NCBI GenBank assembly: GCA_963851265.1
Contig: CAWKNZ010000012.1
Location: 41,855-105,854 of the forward strand
Origin: an uncultured Gemmatimonadales bacterium
GTDB taxonomy: Bacteria; Gemmatimonadota; Gemmatimonadetes; Gemmatimonadales; Gemmatimonadaceae
Direction of reading: 5' to 3'
Length of the DNA stretch: 64,000 nucleotides
Under the pieces are notes generated by a model, which saw only the letters and a list, made by a program, of their open reading frames with translations, did no database searches and was not told the origin of the DNA. Every line of letters starts with the position of its first letter. Within the stretch, counting starts at the first letter, position 1. Of this stretch, positions 1 to 12,403 are shown in pieces. A program made the translations under genes and the position numbers.

Positions 1-1002
1 CCCGCTCGTCGCGTCGAGGCGCATCCCTGCGACGCGGGTGCCCGGGATCGCCACCGACAACTCGGCCTGCGCGGGCAGCTCGATTCGCTGGCCGGCGTAC
101 TCGAGGAGCGTTCCCGCCGACGGACGCGCGACCGGCACGACCTGCGGCACTCCCGGGGGCGCCACGGACGGGGGAACCGGCGCCACCGGCGCATCTGCTG
201 CTCCGGCACCCGGGACCGGCACGGCGACGGCGAGCGGCGTGAGCGACGCGGCATCGCCGGCGAGCACCGCGGGTGCCGAAGTTGGTGCCACGCCGACGAG
301 CACGGCGTCAGCGAGAAGCAGCTGCTTCGCGCGCCCGGCCTGTGCCTGCTCCACCACCAGCCCGCGCTGCACGAGCGTGCGCGCGCCGCGCCGCGCCTGA
401 TCCTCGCTCAGGCCGAGTTGCTCCTGCACCACCGAGGCCGGGAGCGTGACCGGCGCACGCGGGTGCGCGAGGCGGTCGAGCAGCAGCCGAAAGAGCCCGA
501 TCGCGGCGAGCGCGCCCTCGCCGCGTCGGTCGAGCAGCTGGTCGGCCACCGTCCCCCACCGCACGGCGTACGCGAGCGGCGTGGGCGCGAGCAGCTCGTC
601 CGAGAAGCGCGTGGTGCCCGCGTCGCTCCCGGCGCGCAGCACGTCGGCCACCCAGAGCGCACGCAGCGCTTCCTCGATCGCCGCCGCCGGCAGCGCGATC
701 CGCGTGGTGAGGGCATCGACGTCCAGCGGAAGGTCGACGGCGGCCAGCGATCCGCCCCCTGCGTCGGGCAGCGCGAGCAGGTTGAGCGCGAACGCGACGA
801 CGCGCGCATTCCGCCGCAGGGTCGCGTCGCGCACCGGCAGCACCGGATGGCCGGCGAGCCGCGACGCCACGAGCGCGTCCGACACGAGCCACGGCCGCTC
901 GCGAACCACCTGCGGCGTCGCTGCGCCGGCCGCGGAGGACGATCCGGCGACCGGCGGCAACGCCCCGCCGACGACCCGGAGTGACGCGCGTCGCGCCGTC
1001 AT
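1..1002 (-). CDS. Hypothetical DNA-binding protein with two probable winged-helix domains; 3' end runs off the window
   Basis: Not in the ORF track because no stop falls in the window. Manual translation from ATG at 1002: MTARRASLRVVGG...LPLDVDALTTRIALPAAAIEEALRALWVADVL...VTLPASVVQEQLGLSEDQARRGARTLVQRGLVVEQAQAGRAKQLLL, then a Pro/Ala linker and ...MRLDATSG at base 1. It has GC3-rich codon usage and two HTH+wing-like patterns. Confidence 0.7.
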   Translation of the reverse strand, partial: MTARRASLRVVGGALPPVAGSSSAAGAATPQVVRERPWLVSDALVASRLAGHPVLPVRDATLRRNARVVAFALNLLALPDAGGGSLAAVDLPLDVDALTTRIALPAAAIEEALRALWVADVLRAGSDAGTTRFSDELLAPTPLAYAVRWGTVADQLLDRRGEGALAAIGLFRLLLDRLAHPRAPVTLPASVVQEQLGLSEDQARRGARTLVQRGLVVEQAQAGRAKQLLLADAVLVGVAPTSAPAVLAGDAASLTPLAVAVPVPGAGAADAPVAPVPPSVAPPGVPQVVPVARPSAGTLLEYAGQRIELPAQAELSVAIPGTRVAGMRLDATSG

Positions 1003-1032
1003 ACGGACTCGGCGCCCCCTGGGCACAGCCAC

Positions 1033-1473
1033 GACGGTACGCGGATCGGCACGGGAGCCAAGTTCGGGGGCGAGCACGCCAGATGTCAACACCTCGCGCT
1101 ACCCCCCGCGCCCCCTCTCGCGCCTGCCTCGCCCCTCCCTGCCGCCACTCGGCGTTCGAGAGGTGTGCAGGCACTGCGCGACGCCGCGGCCCGGACGGTA
1201 TCCACGACCCGACGGACCCGCCGCGCCACCCCCAGCGTCAGGGCCGGGACGGTACGCAGTGCCGCCCGTTCCGCACCGCCTCCCTGCCGACGCGTCACGC
1301 GCAACCGCCTGTCGTACCGCGAGTTACACGACTCGCTGCCCGGCGACGGTCCGAGCGGTAGCCGACCGGTGCGTACCGTCCCGGCCGGCGTCCCTCCGTG
1401 CCCGATCCGCGTACCGTCCGGGCCCAGGATGCGGACTGTCCACCCCCGCGTCGCGATGCGTCGCGTACCGCCC
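1033..1473. repeat. Iteron-like repeats (core GCGTACCGTCC) in inverted and direct orientation; putative replication origin
   Basis: Perfect 17-bp inverted pairs at 1033-1049/1402-1418 (CCGATCCGCGTACCGTC) and 1242-1258/1370-1386 (TGCGTACCGTCCCGGCC). There is a 13-bp inverted pair at 1188-1200/1412-1424 and partial copies at 1313-1320 and 1463-1473. The array lies directly upstream of a Rep-like gene. Confidence 0.7.
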
Positions 1474-1504
1474 CCGCCCCGTCGCAACGTGCGAACCTGC
1501 GGCA

Positions 1505-1600
1505 TCTCAACCACTTGCCTGCTTTCTCCACATCCGGTTCGCTGCCGAACCCCTGCGTTGTGGTGGTGGATTTGTGTTTGAAGAGCGAAGCGAAAGAACC
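1505..1600. other. AT-richer patch with a DnaA-box-like 9-mer (candidate unwinding element)
   Basis: Visibly lower GC than its surroundings (ATCTCAACCACTTG...GATTTGTGTTTGAAGAGCGAAGCGAAAGAA). TTCTCCACA at 1524-1532 is one mismatch from TTATCCACA. Confidence 0.4.
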
Positions 1601-1753
1601 CCCCCGATCCGGTGCGCGGCTCGCGATCAGGACCAGCCGACCTGCAGTGCGGCCGGAGCGGTGGCGAGCCGAACCTTGAACCGCGTGGCCCCTTGCCTGC
1701 ATTCACGAGGTCCTTGCCCGCCCGACGCCCCACGACGAGATTGGTCGCGATCC

Positions 1754-3553
1754 ATGACCCGCCCTGCTGCATCCTCCCCGTCCACCGCCGACGCGGTCCT
1801 CTGGACCGCGCTCGACCAGGGAGTTCGGGCGCTACCGCTCCCCGCGCCCGCGGGCCTCTGCGAACTGCCGCTCGCCCGGCTTTCGCGCTACGAGCCCAAG
1901 CCCGACCCCGCGACCGGCCGGCTGGCGGAAGAAGAGTGGCTGCATGTCCACCGCGTGCGCGCGCTCAGCGGCCAGTGGTTCGCCGTCCGTATCGCCGGTG
2001 ATGCGGCGCTCGGCCTTCCCCGCGCCGGCGACTGGCCGGTCCTGATGGCCGTCGTGCGCCTGTTCGACGAGGCCGGATGGGCGAGCAACACCCTCTCCGA
2101 CGTCAGCATCCGCCGCCTCAACGCGACGATGGGCGTCACCGGCGGCGGGAAGATGATCCGCCGCGTCCGCGACGCCCTCCTCCGCTTCGCCCAGGTCCGC
2201 GTGCTGCTCGCGCCGATGGCGGCGACCGCCGACCCGGCCACCGCCCTCTCCGAACTGCTCGCGTCCGACGAGGCGAACGCGGCGTCCGCCGACGCCCCCG
2301 CCCCGGCCCTCTGGGCCCCCGCCGCGCTCGACCGCACGGCGGCCCGCGGAGCCCGCGCCCGCCGTGCCGGCGCCGACCCCGCGTCGGGCCCGGCGATGGG
2401 GCGTGGCACCGCGACCGGCGTGCTCGACGTGGCGTGGCGCGACGACACGCTCGACCGCATCACGCTCGCCGACGTCTGGCGTCCGCGGGCCGGCACCACG
2501 GCGACCACGTGGATGGACTACGAGCGCTACTTCGCGCTGGTCGATCCGGTCGCGCAGCGTCTCTACCAGCTCTACGCCGGCGCCGCCGCGCGCGGCGAGC
2601 CGCTCCCGTTCGAGCACGACCTCGAATGGCTCCGCTCCGCGCTCGGCCTCTCCCCGCGCTTCAAGCGCAGTCGGGTGCTCGAGTACCTCGCCGGAGCGAC
2701 CGCCGAGCTGCGTGAGGCGGGCATCCTCGGCGACGTGCTCATCGAGCCGCCTGGGCGCGCCGCCGACCGCCTCGTCGCGATGCCGGGGCCGGTGCTCGAG
2801 GCCGCCCGCCTCTTCGCCGGGCTCTCGCTCGAAGTGCCGCGCGACGCGCGCGTGCAGCTCGCCGCGCTGCAGGCGTTAGGCGTCCACCGCGCCGAGGCCG
2901 AGCGGCTGCTGCGCGCCGACCCGGCGCAGGTGTACGAGGTGCTGTGCTACGTGCTCTACGCGCGCCGGCACGAGCCCGACGCCATCCGCGACCCGGGCGC
3001 GTACGTCCGCCGCGCGGTGACCGAGGGCTACCGCTTCGCGAAGCCCGGCTACCAGACGTGGCGCGCCGGCGTCCAGCGCCGCTCGCTCGACCTCGTGCGC
3101 GCCCGTGCCGACCGCCCCGGCGCTGACCGCCCCGGCGCCGACCGCCCGGTGCCGGCCGGAGCGTCCGCCGCCCCCGACGTGCCATCCCCGAGCGCGCCCG
3201 CATCCGTTCCAGCGCCCGAGCCCGCGGTTCCCGTCGCGCCGTCGCCGGCGGGCGCGGAGGCCGACGCGGCCGCCCTGTGGCGTGGCGTGGCCGACGAGGT
3301 GCGCCGGCGTGTGGGCCCGCGCGAGTTGCGGCTGCTCTGGGTCACGACCCAGCTGCACCGCGTGGCCGGCGTCCGGCTCGAGGGGGCGGCGCTCGTCTGC
3401 GCCGTGCCCGACCTGGAGCTACGCGCCTGGGCCGCGAACGATGCGGGCCGCGCCCTGCTCGGCGACGCGGTCGCCGCGCTCACGGGCGGCAGCGTGACGC
3501 GCGTGATCGCCCGGGTGCCGGGCGACGTGGATCGGAGCGTCGACGACGGCTGA
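1754..3553 (+). CDS. Plasmid/chromid replication initiator (RepA/RPA-like) with C-terminal DnaA domain-I-like module
   Basis: True start inferred at ATG 1754 (MTRPAASS) inside ORF 446..3553. GLPRAGDWPVLMAVVRL...SIRRLNATMGVTGGGKMIRRVRDALLRF and YFALVDPVAQRLYQL resemble Rep initiators, and there is an IRDPGAYVRRAVTEGY motif. The C-terminal LWRGVADEVRRR...LVCAVPDLELRAWA resembles the DnaA N-terminal domain. Confidence 0.7.
   Translation: MTRPAASSPSTADAVLWTALDQGVRALPLPAPAGLCELPLARLSRYEPKPDPATGRLAEEEWLHVHRVRALSGQWFAVRIAGDAALGLPRAGDWPVLMAVVRLFDEAGWASNTLSDVSIRRLNATMGVTGGGKMIRRVRDALLRFAQVRVLLAPMAATADPATALSELLASDEANAASADAPAPALWAPAALDRTAARGARARRAGADPASGPAMGRGTATGVLDVAWRDDTLDRITLADVWRPRAGTTATTWMDYERYFALVDPVAQRLYQLYAGAAARGEPLPFEHDLEWLRSALGLSPRFKRSRVLEYLAGATAELREAGILGDVLIEPPGRAADRLVAMPGPVLEAARLFAGLSLEVPRDARVQLAALQALGVHRAEAERLLRADPAQVYEVLCYVLYARRHEPDAIRDPGAYVRRAVTEGYRFAKPGYQTWRAGVQRRSLDLVRARADRPGADRPGADRPVPAGASAAPDVPSPSAPASVPAPEPAVPVAPSPAGAEADAAALWRGVADEVRRRVGPRELRLLWVTTQLHRVAGVRLEGAALVCAVPDLELRAWAANDAGRALLGDAVAALTGGSVTRVIARVPGDVDRSVDDG
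3107..3149 (+). repeat. 15-bp in-frame tandem repeat x3 (ADRPG) in the Rep linker
   Basis: GCCGACCGCCCCGGC GCTGACCGCCCCGGC GCCGACCGCCCGG. Confidence 0.85.
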
Positions 3554-3617
3554 CGCCGCCGTGTCGGCGCGCCGAGCGCGTGCGGCGGCAACTCCGCCGG
3601 GGACGTAGCTTTGCGCG

Positions 3618-5111
<1,494 letters not shown>

Positions 5112-5119
5112 CGTCACGC

Positions 5120-6190
5120 ATGCCCGCAACCGTCACCACCACCGCGTTCGGCGCCGCGCCCGACGGGCGCGCCGTCGCCCTCCACACGCTCGACGCCGGC
5201 CCCGTCCGGGTCGGCGTGACGCCGTACGGCGCCCACCTCACCTCCATCGCGGTCCCCGACCGCGACGGCCGCCCCGCCGACGTCGCGCTCGGCTACGACG
5301 ACCTCGCCGGCTACGTCGCCGACACCGCCTACTTCGGCGCGCTCGTCGGGCGGTACGCCAACCGCATCGCGCGCGGCCGCTTCACGCTCGACGGCGCCGC
5401 GTACACGCTCGCGATCAACAACCCGCCTAACGCGCTGCACGGCGGCGTGGTCGGCTTCAACCGCGTGCTGTGGGACGCCGAGCCCTTCACGGCGGGCGGC
5501 GCGGCGGGCGTGGTACTCCGGCACACGAGCCCGGCGGGCGACCAGGGGTACCCGGGCGCGCTCGACGTGCGCGTGACGTACACGGTCACCGCCGACGCGC
5601 TCGCGATCGACTACCACGCGGCGGCCGACGCGCCCACCCCGGTGAACCTCACGCAGCACACGTACTGGAACCTCGCCGGCCACGCCGCGGGCTCGGTGCT
5701 GGAGCACGAGGTCACCCTCGGCGCGTCGCGCTTCACGCCGGTCGACGACACGCTGATCCCGACCGGCGAGCTGCGGGGGGTGGCCGGCACCCCCTTCGAC
5801 TTCCGGCGGCCGCACCCGATCGGCGCGCGCATCGACGCCGACGACGCGCAGCTCCGCGCCGGCGGGGGCTACGACCACAACTTCGTGGTCGACGCGCCGT
5901 CGCCCGGCGCGTTCGCCTTCGCGGCGCGCGTGTACGAGCCGCGCAGCGGGCGGGTCCTGGAAGTGCACACCACCGAGCCCGGCGTGCAGTTCTATTCGGG
6001 CAACATGATCCCCGACGGGCTCGCCGGAAAGGGCGGCGCGCGCTACGCCCGGCGCGGCGGCTTCGCCCTCGAGACGCAGCACTACCCGGACTCGCCCAAC
6101 GAGCCCGCGTTCCCGTCGACGATCGTCCGCCCGGGCGCGCCGTACGCCTCGCGGACCGTGTACCGCTTCTCGAGTCAGCCGGCGGGATGA
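5120..6190 (+). CDS. galM: Aldose 1-epimerase (galactose mutarotase)
   Basis: Motifs GRYANRIARG, NALHGG, NLTQHTYWNL, GYDHNF and ALETQHYPDSPN. ATG at 5120. Confidence 0.95.
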   Translation: MPATVTTTAFGAAPDGRAVALHTLDAGPVRVGVTPYGAHLTSIAVPDRDGRPADVALGYDDLAGYVADTAYFGALVGRYANRIARGRFTLDGAAYTLAINNPPNALHGGVVGFNRVLWDAEPFTAGGAAGVVLRHTSPAGDQGYPGALDVRVTYTVTADALAIDYHAAADAPTPVNLTQHTYWNLAGHAAGSVLEHEVTLGASRFTPVDDTLIPTGELRGVAGTPFDFRRPHPIGARIDADDAQLRAGGGYDHNFVVDAPSPGAFAFAARVYEPRSGRVLEVHTTEPGVQFYSGNMIPDGLAGKGGARYARRGGFALETQHYPDSPNEPAFPSTIVRPGAPYASRTVYRFSSQPAG

Positions 6191-7863
6191 CCGCCGCCCT
6201 CGACGCCGACGTGATCGTCGTCGGCGCCGGGCTGGCGGGCCTCGTCGCGGCCGCGGAACTCGCCGACGCCGGGCGCCGCGTGCTCGTCGTCGAGCAGGAG
6301 GGCGAGCAGAGCCTCGGCGGGCAGGCGTTCTGGTCGTTGGGCGGCCTCTTCCTCGTCGACACGCCCGAGCAGCGCCGCCTGGGCATCCGCGACTCGCGCG
6401 AGCTGGCCGCGCAGGACTGGATGGGCACGGCGGGCTTCGACCGCCCCGAGGACCACTGGCCGCGTCGGTGGGCCGAGGCGTACCTCGACTTCGCGGCCGG
6501 CGAAAAGCGCGCGTGGCTGCGCGCGCAGGGCCTCCGCCTCTTTCCCGTCGTCGGCTGGGCCGAGCGCGGCGGCTACGGCGCGGTCGGCCACGGCAACTCG
6601 GTGCCCCGCTTCCACGTCACCTGGGGCACGGGCCCCGGCGTCGTCGAGCCGTTCGCGCGCCGGGCGCGGGCCCACGCGGCGCGCGGTCGCGTCCGCTTCG
6701 CGTTCCGCCACCGCGTCGACGCGATGGTCACCACCAACGGCGCGGTCGACGGCGTGCGCGGCGCCGTGCTCGCCCCGAGCCGCGTGCCCCGCGGCGTGAC
6801 CAGCTCGCGCGAGGTCGCGGGCGAGTTCGCCTTCCGCGCGCAGGCCGTCGTGGTCGCCTCGGGCGGGATCGGAGGCGACCACGCGCTCGTGCGCCGCAAC
6901 TGGCCCGAGCGCCTGGGCCCTCCGCCCACGCGCATGGTCGCGGGCGTGCCCGCGCACGTCGACGGGCGGATGATCGGCATCGCCGAGGCCGCGGGCGTGC
7001 GCGTCGTGAACTCCGACCGGATGTGGCACTACGTGGAGGGGCTCGAGAACTGGGACCCGATCTGGCCCAACCACGGGATCCGCGTCCTCCCGGGCCCGTC
7101 GTCGCTCTGGCTCGACGCCGAGGGGCGCCGCCTGCCGGTCCCGCTCTTCCCCGGCTTCGACACGCTCGGCACGCTGGCCCACCTGCGGCGCACCGGGCAC
7201 GACTACTCGTGGTTCGTGCTCACGCAGTCCATCATCCGCAAGGAGTTCGCGCTCTCGGGCTCCGAGCAGAATCCCGACCTCACCGGGCGCTCGTGGCGGC
7301 AGGTCGCGCGCCGCGCCTACGGCGACGAGGCCCCGGGGCCGGTGGAGGCGTTCAAGCGACACGGGGCCGATTTCGTCGTCCGCCGCACGCTCGCGGAGCT
7401 GGTCGAGGGGATGAACGCGCTCGCCGCCGCCACGCCGGGCGCCCCGCGCATCGACCCCGCCGCAGTCGAGCGCGAGATCGTCGCCCGCGACCGCGAGCTG
7501 GCCAACCCGTTCGCCAAGGACCTGCAGATCACCGCGCTCCGCGGTGCGCGCGCCTACCTCGGCGACCGGCTCATTCGCACGGCGAGGCCACACCGACTGC
7601 TCGACCCGGCGCACGGGCCACTCATCGCGGTGCGCCTGCACGTGCTCACCCGCAAGACGCTCGGCGGTCTCGAAACCGACCTGCGCGGCCAGGCGCTCGC
7701 GCCCGACGGCTCGGCAATCCCCGGGCTCTTCGCCGCGGGCGAAGCGGCCGGATTCGGCGGCGGCGGGATGCACGGCTACCGGTCGCTCGAGGGGACCTTC
7801 CTCGGCGGGTGTCTCTTTTCGGGGCGCGTGGTCGGGCGCGAGCTCGCGCGCGCCGTCGCGTGA
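6187..7863 (+). CDS. FAD-binding dehydrogenase (3-ketosteroid dehydrogenase-like family)
   Basis: Rossmann GAGLAG, GGQAFWSLGGLF, GNSVPRFHVTWGTG, RKTLGGLETD and GYRSLEGTFLGGCLFSGR. ATGA overlap with the galM stop. Confidence 0.9.
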   Translation: MTAALDADVIVVGAGLAGLVAAAELADAGRRVLVVEQEGEQSLGGQAFWSLGGLFLVDTPEQRRLGIRDSRELAAQDWMGTAGFDRPEDHWPRRWAEAYLDFAAGEKRAWLRAQGLRLFPVVGWAERGGYGAVGHGNSVPRFHVTWGTGPGVVEPFARRARAHAARGRVRFAFRHRVDAMVTTNGAVDGVRGAVLAPSRVPRGVTSSREVAGEFAFRAQAVVVASGGIGGDHALVRRNWPERLGPPPTRMVAGVPAHVDGRMIGIAEAAGVRVVNSDRMWHYVEGLENWDPIWPNHGIRVLPGPSSLWLDAEGRRLPVPLFPGFDTLGTLAHLRRTGHDYSWFVLTQSIIRKEFALSGSEQNPDLTGRSWRQVARRAYGDEAPGPVEAFKRHGADFVVRRTLAELVEGMNALAAATPGAPRIDPAAVEREIVARDRELANPFAKDLQITALRGARAYLGDRLIRTARPHRLLDPAHGPLIAVRLHVLTRKTLGGLETDLRGQALAPDGSAIPGLFAAGEAAGFGGGGMHGYRSLEGTFLGGCLFSGRVVGRELARAVA

Positions 7864-8002
7864 GTCCGGGACGGCCGCTCACGGCCGACCACGCCTTCCC
7901 TCGCGACGGTGCAGACTGCTACGCTCCGAATGCCGGAGCGCACGCGCGTTGTGCTGCCCCGGCCCACCATTCCGCACGTAGCAGGCTGCATCTGCGTCAC
8001 AT

Positions 8003-8015
8003 ACTGTCATACAGT
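8003..8015. promoter_or_regulatory. Possible operator palindrome upstream of the kinase gene
   Basis: ACTGT-CAT-ACAGT inverted repeat in an AT-richer intergenic patch. Confidence 0.25.
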
Positions 8016-8127
8016 GGTTCCCGGTCGAATCGCGGCCGCGGCGCGCTCGCCGTCGTTCCGAGGCGAGTTGAGGGGCCCGACGCGGCCGGCGGCGTGCCCG
8101 CGCACGTGACGTGCACGTGACGCCGGC

Positions 8128-10254
<2,127 letters not shown>

Positions 10255-10309
10255 GCCGGCGGACGCTCCGTCGCGCGCGCTGCCTGCCCCGCCCTACGCG
10301 CACGTCGCG

Positions 10310-10978
10310 TCACGTCCCCTTCAGCGCGCGCAGCCGTGCGTCCAGGTGGGCGCGGTCGGCCACCGCGTCGGCCATCGGTCCGTGCCGCCCGAACTCGATC
10401 ACGCTCACCGACGCCGTCGGGCACGCGAACCGAAAGCGGAACCGGCCCACGTCCACGCCCAACAGCCCGCAGAGCGCGACGCGGATGGCCGCCTTGTGCG
10501 ACACGACGAGCACGTCGCCTTCGGCGTCGTGACTGCCGTCCTCGCTGCCGCCCTGTTCCGCGACGATCGTCTCGACGGCGCCGAGCACGCGGCGCGCGAG
10601 GGCGACCGCGGTCTCGCCGCCCGTCGGCGCGTTCCAGGCCGGGTCGGCCGTCCAGCGCACGTAGTCGTCGTGGAACGCGTGGTCGACGTCGTCGGCGGTG
10701 CGCCCGTCCCACTTGCCGTAATCGATCTCGGCCAGGCCGTCGAGCGGGCGGACGGTGAGCCCGGCCAGCTCGGCGGTGGGGCGCGCGGTGGCGAGCGCGC
10801 GGCGCAGCGGGCTCGCGTAGATGGCGCGCCAGCGCATGTCGCGGTAGAACTCGGCGAACGCCTGCGCCATCGCGAGGCCGTCGGGCGTGAGGTCGATGTC
10901 GAGGCCTCGGCCGCAGAACACGTTGTCCCGGCTGCCGGAGGTCTGGCCGTGGCGCAGAAAGTGGAGGCGTAAGGGCAT
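10310..10978 (-). CDS. Histidine phosphatase (phosphoglycerate mutase) family protein
   Basis: MPLRLHFLRHGQT (RHG motif), SPLRRA, EIDYGKWDG and VVSHK. Confidence 0.92.
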   Translation of the reverse strand: MPLRLHFLRHGQTSGSRDNVFCGRGLDIDLTPDGLAMAQAFAEFYRDMRWRAIYASPLRRALATARPTAELAGLTVRPLDGLAEIDYGKWDGRTADDVDHAFHDDYVRWTADPAWNAPTGGETAVALARRVLGAVETIVAEQGGSEDGSHDAEGDVLVVSHKAAIRVALCGLLGVDVGRFRFRFACPTASVSVIEFGRHGPMADAVADRAHLDARLRALKGT

Positions 10979-11726
10979 GCCGCAAAGAAGCGAGGTTCTC
11001 GTCGTCCAGCAGGTCGCAAACGAGCCGCCGGGCACCCTCCTCCGCGCCCTCGCGGCGTCGGGGCTGGCCGCGCGCGTGCTGCACCCGTACGCGGGCGAGC
11101 CCGTTCCGGCCGACGCGTCCGGGTTGGGCGGGCTGGTCCTGCTCGGCGGCCCGCAGGCGGTGTACGAGCAGGACGCGCACCCGTTCCTCGCCGACGAGCT
11201 GCGCCTCGTGGACCGCGCCCTCGCGCGCGGCACGCCCGTGCTCGGCATCTGCCTCGGCGCGCAGCTGCTCGCGCACGCGTTAGGCGCCGCGGTGCGGCCG
11301 GGGGGCGCGGTCGAGATGGGGTGGCTGCCCGTGACGCTCACCGCGGCCGGACGCGCGGATCCGGTGTTGGGCCCGCTCGCGGCCGACGGCGGTCCGTCGG
11401 GCGGCGAGCCGTTCGTCCCCTTTCATCAGCACGGCGACGTGTTCGACCTGCCCGCGGGCGCGACGCTGCTGGCGCACTCCGAGCGTACGGCGCACCAGGC
11501 GTTCCTCGCGCGCGGCGCGGGCGGGGCCGCGGCGTACGGCGTGCTGTTCCATCCGGAGGTGGACGGCCCGCTGGTCGAGACCATGCTGGCCGAGTTCGGC
11601 GCGGCGGCGGCGGCGGCGGGGTGGGACGTGGACGCGATGCGGCGTGACGCGCCGGCCCGGCTGGCCGCGCTCGCGCCGCGCGCGGCCGGCCTGTTCGCGC
11701 GATGGGCCGCGCTCGGCACACGTTAG
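10977..11726 (+). CDS. Class I glutamine amidotransferase-like protein
   Basis: LLGGPQAVY, nucleophile GICLGAQL and FHPE triad motif. ATG at 10977. Confidence 0.92.
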   Translation: MPQRSEVLVVQQVANEPPGTLLRALAASGLAARVLHPYAGEPVPADASGLGGLVLLGGPQAVYEQDAHPFLADELRLVDRALARGTPVLGICLGAQLLAHALGAAVRPGGAVEMGWLPVTLTAAGRADPVLGPLAADGGPSGGEPFVPFHQHGDVFDLPAGATLLAHSERTAHQAFLARGAGGAAAYGVLFHPEVDGPLVETMLAEFGAAAAAAGWDVDAMRRDAPARLAALAPRAAGLFARWAALGTR

Positions 11727-11877
11727 GCGTCGGCCCATGTCGAGCCCGCCGCCGCGGGCGCGCGTCGCCCAACCGCCACGAAATCGTCGCGCCGCGCGGC
11801 CGGCCGAGGCACCGATTCTGCCGTCCCCGCCGGCGCGCGGGCGAGGGCGCCCGCATCACACCGGGAGGAACGGGACC

Positions 11878-12366
11878 ATGGCGATCAACGGACTTCAGGA
11901 ACTCTTCGTGCAGGGCATGCAGGCGGTGTACGACGCGGAGCAGCAGGGCATCAACGCCGCGCCCGCCATCGCCGACCGGGCGACGCACCCCGAGCTCAAG
12001 CAGAAGCTGCAGGAGCGCACCGACAAGGGGCGCCAGCAGGTGCAGCGGCTGGAGCAGGCCATCCAGCAGGCCGGCGGCACGCCGCGGGGCGAGCCTAACG
12101 AGATCGCGAAGGGCATCCTCGCGGTCGGCAACAAGATCATGAACGAGACGCAGGACCCCGACGCGCGCGACGCGGGCATCATCGCCGCGGCGCAGATCGC
12201 CCTGCACTACCACATGGCGGCGTACGGCACGCTGCGGTCGTACGCGGACGCGCTCGGCAACCAGCAGGCCTCACAGCTCCTGCAGCAGACGCTCGACGAG
12301 CGGAAGCGGCAGGACCAGGACATGTCGCGCCTGGCCGAGCAGGTGATCAACCCCAAGGCCGCGTAA
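11878..12366 (+). CDS. Ferritin-like DUF892 (YciE/YciF) stress protein
   Basis: LQELFVQGMQAVYDAEQQ...RDAGIIAAAQIALHYHMAAYGTL...LLQQTLDER. GGAGG RBS upstream. Confidence 0.88.
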   Translation: MAINGLQELFVQGMQAVYDAEQQGINAAPAIADRATHPELKQKLQERTDKGRQQVQRLEQAIQQAGGTPRGEPNEIAKGILAVGNKIMNETQDPDARDAGIIAAAQIALHYHMAAYGTLRSYADALGNQQASQLLQQTLDERKRQDQDMSRLAEQVINPKAA

Positions 12367-12403
12367 GGCGGGCCGCCCGGGGCCGTGCGGCGGCGCGGGG
12401 TCG

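Noticed and set aside
1033..1473. Possible CRISPR array
   Set aside because: Repeats are short, in mixed orientation and irregularly spaced, and there are no cas genes.
446..1753. 1035-aa ORF suggesting a very long Rep
   Set aside because: The first 436 codons are Arg/Ser/Pro-rich, antisense to the wHTH gene and cross the repeat region. This is a stop-poor high-GC artefact.
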